Below are positions 8,887 through 19,191 of a DNA stretch of 64,000 bases, piece by piece (the stretch's first letter is position 1; every line of letters starts with the position of its first letter). The translations under genes and the position numbers were made by a program. This DNA comes from an uncultured Verrucomicrobiae bacterium (GTDB lineage: Bacteria; Verrucomicrobiota; Verrucomicrobiia; Limisphaerales; Palsa-1400), in contig CAVWZG010000003.1 in the NCBI GenBank assembly GCA_963759415.1, positions 799,031 through 863,030 on the forward strand, written 5' to 3'. Below the pieces are notes generated by a model. That model saw only the letters and a program-made list of their open reading frames with translations. It was not told the origin of the DNA and searched no databases.

Positions 8887-9848
8887 TATTTGTTTTCGGG
8901 CGGAGCAGCGGCGTTCTGCGCGCGTTGCGCCGCCTTCTTCTGCCCTTCTTTGATCATCTCCACCAATTCGGACGACGGCAGCGAGAGCGTCAACCCCACT
9001 GTGGCGCCATCCTGCTTGAGCGCGATGGCGTTGGCGAGCTTCGAGGCGTTGGGGTCGCCCTTCTGCAATTTAAGCAACGCCACCAAGCCTTGGGCGATCG
9101 AGGCGATCTGCGTCGCGGTGTCGGCGTCGGCGGCTTCAAAACTAACCGCCGCAGTCATATTGCTGGCGGCTTCGCTCAATTTCAAATGCACCGACTTGGA
9201 CATTTTGAAGATGGCGGCATTGGGATCGGCGCTCTCAAAATCAAATTTATAAATGACGCCCTGCGCGATGATCGATTCGCCGCCGGCCGCTTCCGGGAGT
9301 CCTTTCTTGCCGGAAAGACCCGGCGCTTTGCCGTCGATGACCTCCAGCGCGTCCGCCAGATGGGAGTCGTTCTGGCCAAAGACGACACGATGGCCCAGAA
9401 TGGCGCCACTGATGCGCGGACGTTCGCCGTCCATCGCTTTTTTCTTCTGATCCAGCCACGAGTAGATGACGTGCGAGCCGTTGGTGACGCTCTGGAAGCC
9501 TTCCGCGGCCCTGGCCAGCGTGATGAGGCGGGTCGGGTCGAAATCCGCATAGACGATCAGCGCTCCATCCTTGGGATGCGCCTCGGTCGTATAGACCGTC
9601 AACCCGTGCAACTGCTTGCGCAAGTCAAAGTCAAAGAGCGCGCCCACCGCCGCCAATTTGTCCTGCACGTCCGGTTGGGAGAGAATCCATTGACCGACGG
9701 AACTGGCGCGGAGCGCGTCGCAATCCACGTGCAGGAGCAGGGCGGGATCGGCGGCGGCGTCCTTGGGGTTGAAGGGAGCGGCGAATGCAACCGGCGCTCC
9801 AGCGAGGGCCGCGGCGGCGGCAACAATAACGGCGATAGTTCGTTTCAT
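8886..9848 (-). CDS. Exported protein of unknown function, first gene of the ECF sigma operon
   Basis: Signal peptide MKRTIAVIVAAAAALAGAPVAFA. Its stop overlaps the sigma factor start. Confidence 0.6.
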   Translation of the reverse strand: MKRTIAVIVAAAAALAGAPVAFAAPFNPKDAAADPALLLHVDCDALRASSVGQWILSQPDVQDKLAAVGALFDFDLRKQLHGLTVYTTEAHPKDGALIVYADFDPTRLITLARAAEGFQSVTNGSHVIYSWLDQKKKAMDGERPRISGAILGHRVVFGQNDSHLADALEVIDGKAPGLSGKKGLPEAAGGESIIAQGVIYKFDFESADPNAAIFKMSKSVHLKLSEAASNMTAAVSFEAADADTATQIASIAQGLVALLKLQKGDPNASKLANAIALKQDGATVGLTLSLPSSELVEMIKEGQKKAAQRAQNAAAPPENK

Positions 9849-9987
9849 AAGGATTAGTTTCAATCTGTCCAAAGAGAATACGCACAAGGAGAGGTTTTGG
9901 TTACAAGAGAAATCGCGGCCAAACATTTGGGCACGTGGGAACTATTATCATTGCCATGTTTCGACGGTAATGGTATTTTTAAATGGT

Positions 9988-10290
9988 ATGAAAGAAACAT
10001 TGGTTCCCATTGACCAGGCAGGCCGCATTGTTCTTCCAAAACAAGTGCGCCAGGAGCTTGCCATCAAGCCCGGAGACACCTTCAAGGTCTCAATTCGGGG
10101 GATCGCAGTCACCTTGACGCCGAACAAGGAAAGCGCCGGATTTGTGCGGAAGGGCAAAGCGCTGGTTTTTTCCACCCCCGGGGAAGAGACATTAAGTGAG
10201 GAAACCGTCCAGGAAATCCTGGATTCCGGTCGAGAAGAACGGCATTCGCGGATCGTCGAAGGTCTAAGAGGCCGTAATCCGCGGGGATGA
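9988..10290 (+). CDS. vapB: AbrB/MazE/SpoVT-family antitoxin (VapB-like)
   Basis: PIDQAGRIVLPKQVRQELAIKPGDTFKV. Its stop overlaps the PIN gene start (ATGA). Confidence 0.8.
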   Translation: MKETLVPIDQAGRIVLPKQVRQELAIKPGDTFKVSIRGIAVTLTPNKESAGFVRKGKALVFSTPGEETLSEETVQEILDSGREERHSRIVEGLRGRNPRG

Positions 10291-10724
10291 AAATTTTTCT
10301 TGATACAAGTGTGCTCCTGGCCGCCGTGCTGCAAAAGCACGTGGCGCACGAGCGGGCTTTTGCCGTGCTGGAGCGCGTTCAGGATGGAAAGGATGAGGGT
10401 TTCATTTCAGCCCACGGCCTGGCCGAGCTTTATGCCAACTTGACAAAACTTCCGCCGCCTTTTCGCCATTCACCAGAGCAGGCGCTGTTAAGCATTGAGG
10501 AAAACGTTCTCAAGCACTTTAAAATCTCAAGCCTTGCGGGCGGTGATGACTGCTCGCTGATTCGCGAAGCGGCTCTAACCGGCATTCAGGGCGGCACCAT
10601 TTACGACGCCGTTCTGTTGAAAAGCGCCGCCAAAGCCGAAGTGGAGCGAATCTACACCCTTAATCAAAAACATTTTCAGGCCGTGGCTCCGAAATCCATC
10701 GCTTCGCGAATCTTATCGCCTTGA
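10287..10724 (+). CDS. vapC: PIN-domain toxin (VapC)
   Basis: MKIFLDTSVLLAA ... SAHGLAELY ... IYDAVLL ... IYTLNQKHF. Confidence 0.85.
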   Translation: MKIFLDTSVLLAAVLQKHVAHERAFAVLERVQDGKDEGFISAHGLAELYANLTKLPPPFRHSPEQALLSIEENVLKHFKISSLAGGDDCSLIREAALTGIQGGTIYDAVLLKSAAKAEVERIYTLNQKHFQAVAPKSIASRILSP

Positions 10725-10764
10725 TGGGGCGCGGCGAATATTTGAGAGATAATTCGACGGGCGC

Positions 10765-11877
10765 CTAAAGCGTCCGCCGGAACAGCAGCGTGGCCGCAGT
10801 CATGGAAACAAGCGCGAAAAGCATCAAGTAAGCCAAGTCGCCGCTGATGGCCATCAAGCTGGTATTCTTCAACACCAATTGCTTGAACCCATGCACCGCG
10901 TAAGTGAACGGATCCACCATGGTGATGACCTTCATCCACGGCGGAAAGGCCTGGATCGGATAGACCGCGCCGCTGGGAAAAAACAAAACCGTGTTCAACA
11001 CCCCAAAGAGCGCGCGCGGCACCAGCGGATCGCTCACCCGCACCATGATCAGAAACATCAGGCTGATCAGCGCCAGCGCGGTCACCAGCACCAGCGTCAT
11101 CATCCGCGCAAACCGCACCAAGTTCAGAGGGTCCGGTATGCCCGCGATGACCGAACCCAAGGTCACCAGCACCAAGCCGGTCAGAATCGCCCTGGCGGTG
11201 CCGGCCAGATTAAATCCCACGATCAACTCCAATTTGCGCACCGGCGTGACCAGATAGCCTTCGTGCAGCCCGCGCGCCTTGTCGTCAATATAAATAATCC
11301 CCCCGCCAATCATGGCCGAGACAAAAATAGCCAGCACGATGGTGCCCGGCAGCAGGTACTGGATGTAAGGCACGTAGGGATAAACCTCCACCACCGAGAG
11401 CGTGACGTTGGCGCCCAGGCGCGCAGGCAGCGGCGGCTTATTGTAGGGCGCCAGCATTTGGCTCAACGATCCTTCCAGGGCGGAGGCGGCGAATTGATCG
11501 GTGTTGTCCTCGATCAACGCGATCTTGGGATTCGTGCCCGCCAGCACCTTGCGCGAAAACTCCGGCGGGATGTTCAGCAAGCCGCTGATTTTGCCGTTGC
11601 GCAAATCGCGCAAGGCCGTCGCCTGGTCGTTGTAATAAGTGCTTTCAAAGGTCTGCGCGTTGGCCGCCACGGCCTGCGCCATCTCGCGCAATTTGATGGC
11701 CGGCATCCCCCGGTCCTGGTCCAATATGCCCACCTCCAAATGCTTGACCTTTCCCCCAAAGGCGTAGCCCAGCACCACCAGTTGCACCAGCGGCATGATC
11801 ATCGAGACAATAATCAGCGTCGGGCTGCGCCGGAAACGGCGCAGGTCGCGTTCGATGATGGCCATGATGCGTCTCAT
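10765..11877 (-). CDS. ABC-2 type transporter permease
   Basis: Six TM segments and a large first periplasmic loop. Four-nt overlap with the ATPase gene. Confidence 0.85.
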   Translation of the reverse strand: MRRIMAIIERDLRRFRRSPTLIIVSMIMPLVQLVVLGYAFGGKVKHLEVGILDQDRGMPAIKLREMAQAVAANAQTFESTYYNDQATALRDLRNGKISGLLNIPPEFSRKVLAGTNPKIALIEDNTDQFAASALEGSLSQMLAPYNKPPLPARLGANVTLSVVEVYPYVPYIQYLLPGTIVLAIFVSAMIGGGIIYIDDKARGLHEGYLVTPVRKLELIVGFNLAGTARAILTGLVLVTLGSVIAGIPDPLNLVRFARMMTLVLVTALALISLMFLIMVRVSDPLVPRALFGVLNTVLFFPSGAVYPIQAFPPWMKVITMVDPFTYAVHGFKQLVLKNTSLMAISGDLAYLMLFALVSMTAATLLFRRTL

Positions 11878-12869
11878 CCGTTCTTGCTTTCGTACATGAA
11901 CGCCGTGCTGTAAGCGGCCGATTCATTGAGCGTGTCGCGCAATTGATGCCCGGTGTAATGCGCGAAAACGTCATCCAGGGTCGTGCTTTGCACCGAAAGG
12001 GAAGTCAGCGTCAGGCCCGCCGCGCGCACCGCCTCCAGCAGCGCCGCCGTGGTGCGCGGGCCGTTATGCGAGGAAATGCGAAACACGCTCTCCACCGCCT
12101 TGACCTCCGCCACGTCCGGCAATCCCTTGAGCACCGCCTCCCATCCCGGCGGCACGCGCGAAAAGCCGGCCTCCAGGATGTTCTTGCCGGGGATCGACGC
12201 CTTTAGTTTGAGCGGCGAATCCAGCGCCATCATTTTGCCGTGATCGATGATGGCGATGCGGTCGCACAACTTGTCGGCTTCGTCCATGTAATGCGTTGTC
12301 ACTAGAATGGTCAGATTGCGCTCGCGCTTTAATTTGGACAGCATTTCCCAGACCGCCACGCGCGAGACCGGGTCCAGCCCGGTCGTCGGTTCATCCAAAA
12401 AAAACAGCTTCGGCTCATGCACCAATCCGCGCGCGATCTCCAGCCTCCGCCTCATGCCGCCGGAAAACATCTTCACCGGTTTGTCCGCCCACTGTTCCAG
12501 ATCCATCGCCTTGAGCAAAGTCGCGATGGTCTCTTTCCGTTTCTCCCGCCCGATGCCGTAAAGCTTGGCAAAAATGCTCATGTTCTCCCTCGCGCTCAGG
12601 TCCAGGTCCGAAGTCATCGCTTGCGGAATGACGCCGATGGACTGGCGCACCTGGTTGGCGCGCGTGACAATGTCAAAACCATTGATGCGCGCGGTCCCCT
12701 CGCTGGGCTGCAAGAGCGTGACCAACATGCGGATGAGGGTCGATTTGCCCGCGCCGTTGGGTCCCAGCAAACCGAAAATTTCCCCGTTCTGCACCTTGAA
12801 ATTCAGATGGTCCACGGCCAGAAAACTGCCGAAGCGCTTGGTCAGATTTTCCACCTCCACGGCGAACAT
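11874..12869 (-). CDS. ABC transporter ATP-binding protein (DrrA/CcmA-like)
   Basis: Walker A GPNGAGKST, signature FSGGMRRRLEIA, Walker B FFLDEPTTGLD. Confidence 0.95.
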   Translation of the reverse strand: MFAVEVENLTKRFGSFLAVDHLNFKVQNGEIFGLLGPNGAGKSTLIRMLVTLLQPSEGTARINGFDIVTRANQVRQSIGVIPQAMTSDLDLSARENMSIFAKLYGIGREKRKETIATLLKAMDLEQWADKPVKMFSGGMRRRLEIARGLVHEPKLFFLDEPTTGLDPVSRVAVWEMLSKLKRERNLTILVTTHYMDEADKLCDRIAIIDHGKMMALDSPLKLKASIPGKNILEAGFSRVPPGWEAVLKGLPDVAEVKAVESVFRISSHNGPRTTAALLEAVRAAGLTLTSLSVQSTTLDDVFAHYTGHQLRDTLNESAAYSTAFMYESKNG

Positions 12870-12871
12870 AA

Positions 12872-13921
12872 TCAGCGCGCGCGCGGCGCCAGGGTGACGT
12901 AGGCCGTCATCCCCACCGCCAGCGCCCGATCCTCGTTGCCGCAGCGCAGCCGGATTTCAAAAGTCCTGATGTCCCGTTTGCTCCGGCTCACGTCCCGTTG
13001 CGTCGCGTAATCCGCGTCCGCCCCGCGAAAAAAGACCGTCCCCGTCCGCTCCGCGCCGGAAGGCAGCCGCACCGGCATCTTGTCGCCGCTCCGGATGCTG
13101 TCAATATAAGTTTCTTCCACGTCGGCCCGCACCCACAACTGGTCGGGATCAATCAACGTGACCAGGCACTGGCCTGGATTGACCACCTCCCCTTGCAACG
13201 CCGCCCGCACGTCCACCACCCCGTCGGCCGGGGCGCGGATTTGGGTGTAATCCAACTGCACCTGCGCCCGCTCCGCCTGCGCGGTCGCCGCCGCGTGTTG
13301 ATCGCGGCTGGCGGCCAGCGCCGCGCGGCTGGCGGCGATTTGGTGGCCCGTCAATTTGGCCAAAGCCACCGCCGCCTCCCCCGCCGCGGATTGGTGGCGC
13401 AGCGATTGCACCCGCGCCTTGGCCGCATCACAAGCCGTCCGGGCTTGATCGAACTCGCTGGCCGAGTTGACGCCCTGTTTGCTCAGTTCCAACTGGCGTT
13501 TGAAAGTCAGCTCCGCGTTTTCCAGGTCTGCCTTGGCCTGGGCCACTTGATCCTGGGTGGCCGCCAGGTTGGCCTCGCTTTGCCGGATAAGATTGCTGCT
13601 CTGCGCCTCTTGATAATCGAGTTCCGCCGCCGCCTGCGTCACCTGGGCCGAAAGCTGTCGGGCGCTGTTGGTGTAAAAGCTCAATTCCGCGTTCCGCTCC
13701 TGCGGCTGGATCACCGCGATCAACTGTCCATTGCTCACCGTATCGCCCTGCTGGACCAAAAGCTGTTGCAGCCGCCCCTGAACCTCCGAACTGACAATCA
13801 CTGCATCCGTCGTGACGATGCCCGTCAGCACGATCGCGCGCCGGTGGGGAACGAGGGCAAAACCAACGGCCGCCGCCACCGTCACCACGATCAACAATAT
13901 GACAAGAACTTTGCGCTTCAT
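12872..13921 (-). CDS. HlyD-family periplasmic adaptor
   Basis: N-terminal TM helix, long coiled-coil (Q/A-rich), C-terminal beta-barrel segment VRADVEETYIDSIRSGDKMPVRL. Confidence 0.85.
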   Translation of the reverse strand: MKRKVLVILLIVVTVAAAVGFALVPHRRAIVLTGIVTTDAVIVSSEVQGRLQQLLVQQGDTVSNGQLIAVIQPQERNAELSFYTNSARQLSAQVTQAAAELDYQEAQSSNLIRQSEANLAATQDQVAQAKADLENAELTFKRQLELSKQGVNSASEFDQARTACDAAKARVQSLRHQSAAGEAAVALAKLTGHQIAASRAALAASRDQHAAATAQAERAQVQLDYTQIRAPADGVVDVRAALQGEVVNPGQCLVTLIDPDQLWVRADVEETYIDSIRSGDKMPVRLPSGAERTGTVFFRGADADYATQRDVSRSKRDIRTFEIRLRCGNEDRALAVGMTAYVTLAPRAR

Positions 13922-14242
13922 TATTGGCAAGGCCAGCTTGGACACTTCACCGCCCAGACGCAAGCCCTTCCGGGCCCAGGCTCCGCAACATTGGGGAATC
14001 CACGCCCTGCCCCATGTGCCGGAGGGACAGCCCGAGAATAGCCCAATGCTTCAGCATTGGGGACCCGATTCATCTCGAATAAGTCCCAAAGGGACGGCTG
14101 AATGATGAAAATAATATTTCAACTGTCGGTTTGACTTCTTGGCGTCAAGCAGCTACTATCGCCCGAAATGACAATAACAGCGTCCATCCAGTGTGCGACT
14201 GCGATGCTCCCTGTTTATTTTTCCAGAAAAGAACCAACCCCC

Positions 14243-17116
14243 ATGCCAAAAATCCCCAATCCCTCCTCGCATACTTTCACCGTCCTTCCTCGCGGCTGCC
14301 TGCGCTTCTGCGCCGGGGTATCCCTCGCGCTGGCCTGGCTGGCCGTAAGCGCCGCCCAGGCCCAAACCACCAATTACACGCTGGGCACGGCCTCGCTCTT
14401 GGAGGGTTCGGCGGCTGGAACCGACAGCGTCGTGCTGGGGGTCACGCCGCCGTCCGCCTCTTGGACGAACACGGCCAATGCCACTTGGTTGCATCTAAGC
14501 CAGGCGAATCAAAGCGGTAGCGGCAGCACGAATGTGATTTTCGCTTACGATGCGAACCAAGGCGCGACGCGCTCTGGCACCCTGACCATCGCCGGCCAGA
14601 CACTCACCGTCACCCAAGCCGGGTCAACTTATGTCGCGGCAGGCTCCCTCACCAATTTAGTCTCCTCGGGATTGACTTCCCCCCAAGGCGTGGCGGCGGA
14701 CGGCGCGGGTAACGTCTATATCGCGGACTGGCGCAACAACGCAATCAAGAAGTGGACGGCTGCCAAAAGCACCGTGACCACCTTGGTATCCTCGGGATTG
14801 GGTGGTCCCTTTGGCGTGGCGGTGGATGGCGCTGGCAATGTCTATATCGCCGATACCGGCAACAACGCGATCAAGGAGTGGTCGGCTGCCAAAAGCAACG
14901 TGACCACACTGGTGTCCTCGGGGCTGAACACACCCCAAGGCGTGGCGGTGGACCGCCTGGGCAATGTCTATATCGCCGACACCTTCAACCACGCGATCAA
15001 GGAGTGGTCGCCGATCAACAGCAACGTCACCACCTTGGTAGCCTCAGGATTGACTTATCCCGTTGGCGTGGCGGTGGATGGCGCTGGCAATGTCTATATC
15101 GCCGATACCGGCAACAACGCGATCAAGGAGTGGTCGCCGGTCAACAGCAACGTCACTACCTTGGTATCCTCAGGGTTGACTTCTCCCGTTGGCGTGGCAG
15201 TGGATGGCGGAGGTAATGTCTATATTGCGGGTTCCGGATACGGCTCGGTCAAGGAGTGGTGGGCGGCCAGCAACACCGTGACCCCATTGGTCTCATCGGC
15301 TTTGCCTTCGATCGATTGCGTGGCAGTGGATGGCGTGGGCAACGTCTTTATCGGCAACAGCGGTACTAGCGGAAACTTCATGGAGCTGCCGCGCGCCTTT
15401 GTGGACCCGACGCCCCGGCTGGAAGGTCCGGCCGCCGGCAGCGATGCTTTGCCAGTGGTGTTGCCCGCCACGGAGCTTTTGTCCGGTCCATTCGCTCCCA
15501 TCAGTAGTGATCCGAGTTGGCTAACAATCAGCGGCATCAGCAACGGCGTGGTCAGCTTCGCTTTTACCGCCACCACTTCCAACCGCACGGCTTTCATCAC
15601 CTTGCTCAGCCAGACTATTGCCGTCACGCAGGGTTGTCTTCTGGGCACCACCGCTCGTTTGGAGGGGCCTGGTGCGGGACTCGATAGCGTGGTTCTGGTT
15701 GTTTACCCGAATTCCGACACCTGGACAGCCACGGCCAATGCTGCTTGGCTGCATCTGACCCAGCCGAATCAAAGTGGCACAGGCAGCACTAATGTGATTT
15801 TCAGTTTCGATGCCAATCCGGGAGCGACGCGCTCCGGCACCCTCACCATCGGCACCCAGACGCTCACCGTGACGCAGGCCGGTTCAACTTATTTCCCGGC
15901 TTCGCCGCTAACAATATTGGGGTCTGCGGTTCAGCCCAGTGCTGTGGCGGTGGACGGCATGGGCAATGTTTATTTCGCCGATGTAGGAAACGTTATCAAG
16001 AAGTGGACGTTGGCCAGCAACACCGTAACCAAATTAGTTTCCTCTGGGCTGAACCAACCGTGGGGTCTGGCCGTGGACGGTGCGGGCAATGTCTATATCG
16101 CCGACGCAGGAAACAACGCCATCAAGAAGAGGATCGCGACCAGCGGTACCGTAACGAACTTGGTGTCCTCGGGATTGGCTTTTCCCGCTGGCGTTGCGCT
16201 GGACGGCGCGGGTAATGTGTACATTGCTGACACCGACAATGGCGCTATCAAGAAGTGGACGGTCGCCAACAGCAAAGTGACCACGTTGGTGTCCTCGGGG
16301 CTGAACCAACCCTTGGGCGTGGCGCTGGACGCGGCGGGCAATGTCTATATCGCCGACTCCTTAAACGGCGCGATCAAGGAGTGGACGGTCGCCAACAGCA
16401 ATGTGACCATCTTGGTGTCCTCGGGGTTGAGCTTTCCAGCAGGCCTCGCTGTGGACGGCGGAGGCAATGTCTATATCGCGGATGCCGGCAGCGCGATTTA
16501 CAAGTGGACCTCAGCCAACGGCAATGTGACCACCTTGTTGTCCTTGGCTCAGTGCTATGGTGCGGCGTCGGACAGCGCAGGCAATGTTTACATCGCGGCG
16601 AAGTTTGGCAACAACCTGATCGAAGAACTGCCGTATGCCTTCGTGGACCCAACCCCCAGGTTGGAAGGTCTGGCCGCTGGCAGCGATGCTTTGCCAGTGG
16701 TGTTGCCCGCCACGCAGAATTTGCTCCCCCCATTCGCTCCCACCAGTGACCAGTCGTGGCTGACCATCACCAGTGCCGCCAGCGGCGTGGTGGGTTTCTC
16801 CTTCACCGCCAATGCCGGCCTGAGCCGCACGGCCCACATCACCTTGCTCGGCCAAACCATTCCCATCACGCAATCAGGCGTCACACCCCCGACACTGACC
16901 AGCGCACAGATGCTGGCCAACGGCGCTTGCCAGTTTTGCTTCACCAACACTGCCGGCGCCTCCTTCACCGTCCTCTCCACCACCGACCTGTCGTTGCCAT
17001 TAAGCAATTGGACCGTGGCCGGCACGGCCTCGAACACCTCTCCCGGCCAGTTCCAATTCACCACCCAGCCGATCACCAACGGGCCGCAAAGCTACTACAT
17101 CGTCCGTTCGCCGTAA
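14243..17116 (+). CDS. Giant secreted NHL-repeat protein: two tandem copies of [BACON-like Ig domain + six NHL blades + Ig-like domain], plus a C-terminal beta-sandwich tail
   Basis: Signal peptide ...LAWLAVSAAQAQ. Twelve GVAVDGAGNVYIAD..NNAIKEW units. TLTIAGQTLTVTQAGS and TLTIGTQTLTVTQAGS. Confidence 0.85.
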   Translation: MPKIPNPSSHTFTVLPRGCLRFCAGVSLALAWLAVSAAQAQTTNYTLGTASLLEGSAAGTDSVVLGVTPPSASWTNTANATWLHLSQANQSGSGSTNVIFAYDANQGATRSGTLTIAGQTLTVTQAGSTYVAAGSLTNLVSSGLTSPQGVAADGAGNVYIADWRNNAIKKWTAAKSTVTTLVSSGLGGPFGVAVDGAGNVYIADTGNNAIKEWSAAKSNVTTLVSSGLNTPQGVAVDRLGNVYIADTFNHAIKEWSPINSNVTTLVASGLTYPVGVAVDGAGNVYIADTGNNAIKEWSPVNSNVTTLVSSGLTSPVGVAVDGGGNVYIAGSGYGSVKEWWAASNTVTPLVSSALPSIDCVAVDGVGNVFIGNSGTSGNFMELPRAFVDPTPRLEGPAAGSDALPVVLPATELLSGPFAPISSDPSWLTISGISNGVVSFAFTATTSNRTAFITLLSQTIAVTQGCLLGTTARLEGPGAGLDSVVLVVYPNSDTWTATANAAWLHLTQPNQSGTGSTNVIFSFDANPGATRSGTLTIGTQTLTVTQAGSTYFPASPLTILGSAVQPSAVAVDGMGNVYFADVGNVIKKWTLASNTVTKLVSSGLNQPWGLAVDGAGNVYIADAGNNAIKKRIATSGTVTNLVSSGLAFPAGVALDGAGNVYIADTDNGAIKKWTVANSKVTTLVSSGLNQPLGVALDAAGNVYIADSLNGAIKEWTVANSNVTILVSSGLSFPAGLAVDGGGNVYIADAGSAIYKWTSANGNVTTLLSLAQCYGAASDSAGNVYIAAKFGNNLIEELPYAFVDPTPRLEGLAAGSDALPVVLPATQNLLPPFAPTSDQSWLTITSAASGVVGFSFTANAGLSRTAHITLLGQTIPITQSGVTPPTLTSAQMLANGACQFCFTNTAGASFTVLSTTDLSLPLSNWTVAGTASNTSPGQFQFTTQPITNGPQSYYIVRSP

Positions 17117-17266
17117 GAAAAATCATATCCGTGCAATCAGTGAAATCCGTGGTTGCTTTTCTTTGGTGGCGGCTTTTTGTGGGCAAAGCATTCTTGGGAG
17201 TCTCGAATTTTCAATTTCAAAATTGAAAACTCGCGCCCGGCATTATTCAATCGGGCTGAAGCAGTA

Positions 17267-18109
17267 ATGCGCATGAGTTTGATCGATTTTATCTTGAACG
17301 TCGTGGGGTTGGTGTTGTGGTTGCATTGGCGGGGCGTCCCGTTGACGGCGCCACCGCCGCCGGGCGCTTCGCTCGCTTCGACTCTCCGCCGCGCCGGGCC
17401 GCCGCGGCCGCGGATTTATTACCTGGCCGGATTGATCGCCTTGCTGGCGGGGCGGGCGCTGATTTACTGGCAATTAGGCGGGCAGATTCGCTGGGACGCG
17501 CGCATCCCGCTGGGGCCGACCACCTTCGCCTTCCGCAGCGATGTGCTGGGGCGCATGATGTTGTTTTCCGCGTGCAGTTTTGGGGTGGCGCTGGGTCTTT
17601 TCCATTTGTGCCTGCTGTTGCTTTCCTGGATCAACGGGCCGGTGGCCGGCGGCGAACCGGGCCGGCGACTGGTGCGCGCACACCTGGGCTTGGTGGATCG
17701 CTGGCCGGGGACCGTCAAATTATTGCTGCCGCTCCTCTGCACGGTGGCGCTCTGGTGCCTGCTCAATCCGCTCATGGTCCGCCTGAGTCTGGTGCCTCCC
17801 AACCCCGATTCCCACTGGCGCGTGCTGGCGCAAGGGGCTGTCCTCGGCCTGGGGGTTTATCTGGCGTTGAAATTCTTCCTGGTGGGCATTCTCGCCCTCC
17901 ATCTGCTCAACAGTTACGTTTATCTGGGCGAGTTTCCGTTTTGGAATTTCGTCAACACTACCGCGGGCGTCCTCTTGCGCCCTCTGCAATGGTTGCCCTT
18001 GCGCGCGGGCAGGGTTGATTTCGCGCCCGTGCTGGCCATGGTGCTGGTTTTGGTGGCCGCCTATTTCAGCCAGCGCGGCCTGACCCAAATCTTTCAAAGG
18101 CTCGTTTAA
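17267..18109 (+). CDS. YggT-family integral membrane protein
   Basis: Multiple TM helices. C-terminal YGGT-like motif FWNFVNTTAGVLLRPLQWLPLRAGRVDFAPVLAMV. Confidence 0.6.
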   Translation: MRMSLIDFILNVVGLVLWLHWRGVPLTAPPPPGASLASTLRRAGPPRPRIYYLAGLIALLAGRALIYWQLGGQIRWDARIPLGPTTFAFRSDVLGRMMLFSACSFGVALGLFHLCLLLLSWINGPVAGGEPGRRLVRAHLGLVDRWPGTVKLLLPLLCTVALWCLLNPLMVRLSLVPPNPDSHWRVLAQGAVLGLGVYLALKFFLVGILALHLLNSYVYLGEFPFWNFVNTTAGVLLRPLQWLPLRAGRVDFAPVLAMVLVLVAAYFSQRGLTQIFQRLV

Positions 18110-18117
18110 CCCGGGCT

Positions 18118-18972
18118 TCAGGCCACGGCCAGGAATTGTTTGACCGCTTTCGTTGCCCCATGCACGCCCTCGATAATCTCCTCGGCTCTTGCCTGTTCCA
18201 GGCCCAGCATGGCCGCCACGTTCGGGCCGGGCAGGAGGGCAAGGTTTTCGGCGCCTCCGGGCGACGGACCGGAAAGGTGGACGGCGAAATTGGCCAGATA
18301 AACGACAGCCGACAGCAACACCACGGGCTGGACAATCGGAGCGTGATGATTGGCCACGGCTTCGACAATGACTTCCGGCAAACCCCACTTTTGCAACAGG
18401 CAGGCCCCGACCTGGGCGTGGTTGGCCCCCAGCACGACCCCCTCCGCTTCGACCCGCGAAAGGGTATCATGGGACATCAAGGCGCGAATCTCGGTGCGCG
18501 ATTTCGGGGTGAGGACTTGATTCAGGACCAGCTTGCCAATGTCGTGCAACAACCCGGCCGTGAAAGCCATGGAAGGCTGAAAGTCGCCGTAGCCTTCGAA
18601 TTCCGTCAAATACTCCGCGCCCATGCCGGTGCTCAGGGAATGGCTCCAAAGGCCGTTGGCCTCGACGGCATGGCCGGGCGCGGCGAAGCCCATGGCGCCG
18701 CCAAAGCTCAGGGCGCAGACCATGCGGTAAATAGTATTATCTCCCAGCAGCAGCACCGCCTGGTCAATTGAGGCCACCGGACTTCGCAGACCGATGTGGG
18801 CTGAATTGCAGACCCGCAGCAGCTTGGCCGTCAGCACATTATCGCAATGCAACGTTTGAATCAGGTCCTCGCGATGGCTATCGGGTTGGTTCAGCAGCGC
18901 GGCCATCTTGCGGGCCGTCTGCGGGACCATGGGCAACTCTTTGACTTGGCTGATGATTTCAGTGGCCGTCAT
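18118..18972 (-). CDS. HDOD-domain signalling protein
   Basis: LPMVPQTARKMAALLNQPD ... NVLTAKLLRVCNSA ... IDQAVLLLG ... GLLHDIGKLVL. Confidence 0.85.
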   Translation of the reverse strand: MTATEIISQVKELPMVPQTARKMAALLNQPDSHREDLIQTLHCDNVLTAKLLRVCNSAHIGLRSPVASIDQAVLLLGDNTIYRMVCALSFGGAMGFAAPGHAVEANGLWSHSLSTGMGAEYLTEFEGYGDFQPSMAFTAGLLHDIGKLVLNQVLTPKSRTEIRALMSHDTLSRVEAEGVVLGANHAQVGACLLQKWGLPEVIVEAVANHHAPIVQPVVLLSAVVYLANFAVHLSGPSPGGAENLALLPGPNVAAMLGLEQARAEEIIEGVHGATKAVKQFLAVA

Positions 18973-19191
18973 AAACTATCTTAGATCGTGTTGGGTTATC
19001 GGACGTTTCGCGCCGAAACTTGAGTTGATCACCGATTCCGGTTGCCGAACCTCCATCGCATGGGCACAATTGCCGCTAAGGAAAAAGCAAAATATGAGAA
19101 GCTTGACTAAAGCCGGACCTTAGAATCCCGGCAACATTTCTAAATTAATGTCGATAAGATATGTACCTAAGCAGAGCATGCCCTTGATTTT

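Noticed and set aside
14640-16560. Regular ~126-nt periodic repeats that could be mistaken for a repeat array
   Set aside because: The periodicity is in-frame NHL blade repeats of a single long ORF. There is no spacer/repeat organisation and no cas genes.
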